The notes beneath the pieces were generated by a model that saw only the letters and a list, made by a program, of their open reading frames with translations, did no database searches and was not told the origin of the DNA. A DNA stretch of 63,593 nt, the filler included, from Aduncisulcus paluster (lineage: Eukaryota): assembly GCA_024181965.1 (NCBI GenBank). It is 8 parts of 8 records of this genome, joined end to end, with 100 filler letters (N's around TTAATTAATTAA, not from the genome) between each part and the next. Parts side by side here need not be neighbours in the genome. Positions count along the whole stretch, not along the records: positions 59,433 to 63,593 come from BQXS01011292.1; 7 more parts are not named here. One strand, written 5' to 3'. Positions 60,090 through 63,593 of this stretch are shown in pieces. The position numbers were made by a program, and so were the translations under genes. Every line of letters begins with the position of its first letter. Within the stretch, counting starts at the first letter, position 1.

Positions 60090-60499
60090 ATGGCAGATGA
60101 TTTTGACGAAGAAGATATGTTATTTAGGACTCCATTGGCAATTACCCTTGTAAAAACTTGTAATGAACTCTCAAAACGAGGGATGGTCGATGATTCATTT
60201 GCGGATGGTGTAAAAGATATTTTTTCAAACGTATGTTGTTTATTTTTGATTTGATTAGTTTTGTGTCATTTTTGATCGATTTCTGATTTACATTTATATT
60301 ATAGGCCATGAAAAGATGTTTCGAACGTGATGTATCTGATGAGGTTGTTATTGATGCTTCATGCAAAACCTACCGAATATTGGCACATAAGAGTTATGAT
60401 ATCATGATGGATATCTTCTCTATAAAGGGTTCCCAATGTCGTGTTGCTTTTCCTGATCCTGTAGAATGCCGAGTTGATGCAATTTGCCCAACAGAATAA
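60090..60499 (+). CDS. TOA2: TFIIA gamma (small) subunit, two exons (60090-60230, 60305-60499)
   Basis: LFRTPLAITLVKTCNEL..FADGVKDIFSN | AMKRCFERDV..CKTYRI parallels the YRxxxLGxxLxxxLDEL..FDKA..TYRF pattern; 74-nt GTATGT..TAG intron joins in frame. Confidence 0.75.
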
Positions 60500-60783
60500 T
60501 AGAAATAAATAATATACATGTTTTATGGTTTATTTCGAGGGATTTCACATTTATTATTCATTTTTTGTACATTTTTCTTCTTCATCATGATGCACGGCGA
60601 TTCATAAAGATCTCGATGAGATTGAGATGACAAAATAGTTGACAAATTAAAATCATAAAACAGTTTATATAAAATTATAGTACGTTACCAAGTCTTTCAT
60701 CAATAAAATAACGATAATCTTGAACTTTTGATGATAATCAAATCACCTTAGTCGTTTTCGGAACGCAACGTTCAGAACAAAGA

Positions 60784-61977
60784 ATGTTTGTACAACCACA
60801 AAGAGTATTTTTCAAGAGAGGATGTTTGATGTTGGCCCTTGAGGATGTCATGCCAAGACATAGAGCTTTCGTCGTGTCAGATTCTTCCATCGATTCCACT
60901 GGTTTAATTGAGAAACTAGCAGTTGAATTAGGTAAACGTGATATAGAATACCATGTTTGGATTGTTCCAACTGGTGAACCAACACTGGATCAGGTGAAAA
61001 AGGCAACTGGTCTTGCCAAGGATTATGAATCTGATATGGTTATTGGATTCGGAGGAGGAAGTGCAATGAACGGTGCTAAAGCTGTTTATTCCCTTTTATT
61101 GAACCCCGAATTGGATTTATCAACTCTTGAAGCTAAGTCCGCTCCCATCTGTCCCACATCTGAAAAAGTCTCTTCAAAGATTCCTCTTGTTTGTATTCCA
61201 ACTGCTGCTGGGAGTGGATCTGAAGTTGTTCCCTTTGCTGTTGTCCGGAAAGATGACGAATCATTCCCCACCTACCTCCACCATGATAGTTTGATGCCCA
61301 GCATGGCTGTTGAGGATCCAGCTTTCTGTACCTCACTTCCTCCTGCTCTTCGTGCGTTAACTTCGATTGATATCCTCTGTCACGGTATTGATTCTTGCAT
61401 ATCTTCAAATGCCACCGAGTTTTCTCTCCCTTTCTCGAATATGGCTGTCAAAAATGTTTTCATGTACGCTAGAAAGCATGTTGAAGCCCTTGATCCTGTC
61501 GCTGAGGAGAAGATCAGTAACGCTGCTGGTCTTGCTGGTATCGCTGTTGCCAATGCTCTTCTCTCCACCACCCATGCCATCGCTCTTGCCCTTGCTCCTA
61601 TTTTTGGAGTTCATCATGGTGCCATTAGTGCAATTGTCCTGCCTTATGTTGTTAAAATGAAGACAATTGAGAATCCTGCTGTTCAGAAAAAAATTGATGA
61701 AATGGCCGTTTTTTGTGGATTCAAGTGCCGTGGATGCAAATCCACTCCCAATTGTAAATGTGGCCCTGCAAGAGATTGTGGTTGTATTGTTGATAGTTTG
61801 ATTTACGAAATTAGAACTCTTGTTAAAGATCTTGGTTTGAAGGATTCCTTATCCTCCCTTATTGACGGAAAGATAACCCTTGATGAGCTTAAAAAGATTG
61901 TTTTTGAAAAGTCCGCCGGTTGGAGTGAAGAAAAGGGTCTCGAAGGAATTATGGAAGTTCTTGAAAAAGCTTGGTGA
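60784..61977 (+). CDS. Iron-containing alcohol dehydrogenase (AdhE C-terminal-domain-like)
   Basis: PQRVFFKRGCL..RAFVVSD, EPT, GFGGGS, IPTAAGSGSEV, DILCHGID, NA..HAIA, HHG. Confidence 0.92.
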   Translation: MFVQPQRVFFKRGCLMLALEDVMPRHRAFVVSDSSIDSTGLIEKLAVELGKRDIEYHVWIVPTGEPTLDQVKKATGLAKDYESDMVIGFGGGSAMNGAKAVYSLLLNPELDLSTLEAKSAPICPTSEKVSSKIPLVCIPTAAGSGSEVVPFAVVRKDDESFPTYLHHDSLMPSMAVEDPAFCTSLPPALRALTSIDILCHGIDSCISSNATEFSLPFSNMAVKNVFMYARKHVEALDPVAEEKISNAAGLAGIAVANALLSTTHAIALALAPIFGVHHGAISAIVLPYVVKMKTIENPAVQKKIDEMAVFCGFKCRGCKSTPNCKCGPARDCGCIVDSLIYEIRTLVKDLGLKDSLSSLIDGKITLDELKKIVFEKSAGWSEEKGLEGIMEVLEKAW

Positions 61978-62373
61978 TTTTTGTCTTCAAAATACGGCTT
62001 GGTGATCATTTTTTCTATTGAAAGTGCGATCGATAAGTTGAATTAATGTCTCGTTCATCGAATATTTCTTTTTTTCAAGCTTTGAAGTCGAAATAAAATG
62101 GTGATTACATGAATTTAGCAGAATTTAGAACGTTATGAAATATTTTCGGATTGTTTTTTGTCAAAATTAATCCAAAGCCATAGATTCCAAATTCAATTGG
62201 GAAGTTCCCACATTAATGAAATGTTTTAGGAATTCGATGGGGAAATAGCAATTAAAATAAATGATTCATGATAATCCAAATCGAATTTATTGTAGATTTG
62301 AGCATTTTATTTCGGAATACTCCTAGATGATTTTCTTTTGTTTTTTATGACCTTTTGACACACTTCTGACATA

Positions 62374-63593
62374 ATGTCCGTTGTAGATGACATTAAAACA
62401 ATTGTACCAAAGACAATTTGCCAACAACCAATCTCATTTTTGGGAATTCAGAACGACACACCAATCTGTTGGAGTCGTGACGGGCAATATCTGACTCTTG
62501 TCAGTGATTCACGTTCTATTTATATATGCAAACTTGTTGAAAAGAAAGAAACAGGAACAACAACCGTTGAAGTCTTAGATCAGCTCAGAGGATGCAAATC
62601 TCATGTTAACTGTCTTGAATTTTCTCCCAATGACCAATTTCTCATTGCTGGTGAAGATGATGGATTTTGTATATTTAATATGGCTCAAAAAAAAGTTATT
62701 TATCGTGTTATGACAGAGAAACATGAAAGTGCTCACGATTCTGCCGTTAAGTGTGCCTTGTGGATTTTCGAGGGACGTATTCTCTTAACAGGTTCCAAAG
62801 ACACAACTATTAAAGCTTGGGATACGACTGGTCTTGCTGCTGAGAGACCTAAACTTGAGTTTGTTGAAACCCTTTCTCAACATAAGGGTCCCGTGTTGAT
62901 TTTGTCTGCTACATTCCCATCTTTTTCCCGTTCTCCTGAGGTATCAATGACCATTCCCACCACCTCTACCAATTCTCCCTTCCTGTTGGCCAGTGCTGGA
63001 CGTGATAGTACTGTCCAAATTTGGAATATTACCACTCTTACTCCTCCTTATCTTGAAAAACGTAAAGACGACAAAAGTATATGTGTTAAAGCTGTTAAAG
63101 GTATTGAAGGACATCGTGGAGACATTATTTCTCTGTCATGGAGGCCTGATTCAATCCATCTCTATACTGGTGCTCGTGACAACTGTGTCAACTGTTTCAA
63201 TGTTACATCTGGAGTGAGAATCAAGACAAATACTGATCATTTCGGAGATGTCACCTCAATTGTCGCATGTGGACCAAATCGTATTCTCACTTCAAGTGCC
63301 GATGGATCTGTCAAGTTATATACTATTACTTCTCCCGACGACCCTCAGCCTGGAATTATTGCTCCTTTGCCCAAAGACGAAGAACCTGAGGAGGAACAAG
63401 AGGTCACCTCCCTTGCTGCTGAATCTGATTTTCTCACCGACCTTCTCAAAGATGCTGGTGCATCTGAAGCCACCCCTGCCCTCCTCCCACAGTCTGTTCC
63501 TCATGATGCCCTTGTTTTCTCTTTCAACCCTATCAATGGAGATGAGGTCGCACGTATGCGCCTCAACCCTCGGCTTCCTTTCCTCGCTACAGC
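62374..63593 (+). CDS. WD40-repeat protein, runs off the window
   Basis: Not in the ORF track. Hand translation: MSVVDDIK..HVNCLEFSP..AHDSAVKC..LLTGSKDTTIKAWD..ASAGRDSTVQIWN..GHRGDIISLSW. Confidence 0.9.
   Translation, partial: MSVVDDIKTIVPKTICQQPISFLGIQNDTPICWSRDGQYLTLVSDSRSIYICKLVEKKETGTTTVEVLDQLRGCKSHVNCLEFSPNDQFLIAGEDDGFCIFNMAQKKVIYRVMTEKHESAHDSAVKCALWIFEGRILLTGSKDTTIKAWDTTGLAAERPKLEFVETLSQHKGPVLILSATFPSFSRSPEVSMTIPTTSTNSPFLLASAGRDSTVQIWNITTLTPPYLEKRKDDKSICVKAVKGIEGHRGDIISLSWRPDSIHLYTGARDNCVNCFNVTSGVRIKTNTDHFGDVTSIVACGPNRILTSSADGSVKLYTITSPDDPQPGIIAPLPKDEEPEEEQEVTSLAAESDFLTDLLKDAGASEATPALLPQSVPHDALVFSFNPINGDEVARMRLNPRLPFLAT

Noticed and set aside
1-63593. Alternative genetic code (TAA/TAG = Gln as in hexamitids)
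   Set aside because: Conserved genes end at TAA (Rab7), TAG (HIT4-like) and TGA (eIF1) at the expected positions and lack internal stops.

Overview
Eukaryotic microbial (protist) draft-genome sequence: eight contigs joined by artificial 100-nt N/TTAATTAATTAA/N linkers (contigs about 1-12942, 13043-35974, 36075-40224, 40325-43855, 43956-50105, 50206-53721, 53822-59332, 59433-63593), so adjacency across linkers means nothing. It is gene-dense, uses the standard code and has sparse short GTATGT..AG introns. A two-domain WRKY factor, an AdhE-type Fe-ADH and a giant LRR protein suggest an anaerobic fornicate/metamonad (Aduncisulcus/Carpediemonas-like; inference only). Host genes: LysRS, eIF1, WRKY, Rab7, cystinosin-like, Ulp1/SENP protease, kexin-like convertase, HIT4-like, Ctf8, WDR17-like, TmcB-like, PH, ARM, TMEM94-like, TFIIA-gamma, Fe-ADH, WD40 and tRNA-Ser(GCT). 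Two contigs are nests of decayed mobile elements. The best candidate system is a degenerate Fanzor1 (eukaryotic TnpB-family RNA-guided nuclease) gene at 51148-52590, abutting a CACTA/Plavaka-like transposase fragment. A second copy of that transposase family is interrupted by a putative retrotransposon with a 96-bp LTR and no tRNA primer site. Also notable: a compositionally mosaic LRR gene, three structured non-coding islands and uORFs at eIF1. Many local duplications are probably assembly artefacts.
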